This document shows, piece after piece, positions 6,747 through 7,173 of a DNA stretch of 7,173 nucleotides (positions are counted from its first letter, which is position 1; each line of letters begins with the position of its first letter). The notes beneath the pieces are model-generated. The model did no database searches. It was given only the letters and a program-made list of their open reading frames with translations, and was not told where the DNA came from. The translations under genes and the position numbers were made by a program. Origin of the DNA: Amoeboradix gromovi X-113 (lineage: Eukaryota > Fungi > Sanchytriomycota); assembly GCA_018985225.1 (NCBI GenBank), contig JADGIF010000525.1:1-7173 (forward strand), read 5' to 3'.

Positions 6747-7173
6747 CAAATACGAGACCAAATTTTGATAAAAAAGTAACAGTTTGAGTAGTATCTCGGT
6801 TGGTATTTCTCAGAGTTACACATTGTGCACAACTACTCTCCGTCAATTTTGCAATCAAAAACTTTGCAGCAGTTGATAAGTCAAAAAAGTCTCATTGTAT
6901 ATGAGGGATTATATTGATAAACGGGACCTCATCTGAGAAAATACCCCGTACGGCAATTGTGTAGTCTGGTGGTATTTTACTTCAAAGTACTGACAGATGA
7001 AATTCAATGTCAAGCCTCTAATTTTATCCTTGATTCTGAGGATTCGTTGAATGTAATCTAAAGCAGGTACCAATCACATTCCAGATACGGGTACTAGACA
7101 TGTGACACAAATATCATCGAAGTTAAAATTACATATGGGACATCAAATATAAAAACTGGACTAACTTTCTGTA

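Noticed and set aside
6750-7173. Protein-like minus-strand fragments (e.g. IPPDYTIAVRGIFSDEVPFINIIPHIQ) upstream of the last gene
   Set aside because: Interrupted by stops in all frames with no recognisable family; cannot be called from sequence alone.
1-7173. CRISPR array, tRNA/rRNA, terminal inverted repeats or target-site duplications
   Set aside because: No regularly spaced short repeats or RNA-gene signatures were seen. The elements' left ends are not identifiable, so TIR/TSD cannot be assessed.

Overview
AT-rich, gene-dense eukaryotic DNA with apparently intronless genes, most consistent with a compact early-diverging fungus or a relative (inference). It has four intact genes: a mitochondrial medium-chain acyl-CoA dehydrogenase (389-1579,+), a probable secreted Cys-containing beta-rich protein (1594-2898,-), a choline/ethanolamine phosphotransferase (3953-5173,-) and an uncharacterised protein with a calponin-homology-like C-terminus (5506-6690,-). 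The most notable signal is intergenic. Two same-orientation, degraded 3' ends of a Fanzor/TnpB-type RNA-guided nuclease element lie at 1-258 and ~3195-3508. They encode the E-x2-TS-x2-CxxC...CxxC...RD-x2-AARNI zinc-ribbon/RuvC-III region and are ~85% identical there by manual alignment. A colinear ~105-nt tail follows, with compensatory hairpin changes, ending at a shared TTT(A/T)AACG boundary before unrelated flanks. This is the layout expected for omegaRNA scaffold plus guide in a eukaryotic OMEGA (Fanzor2-like) system.
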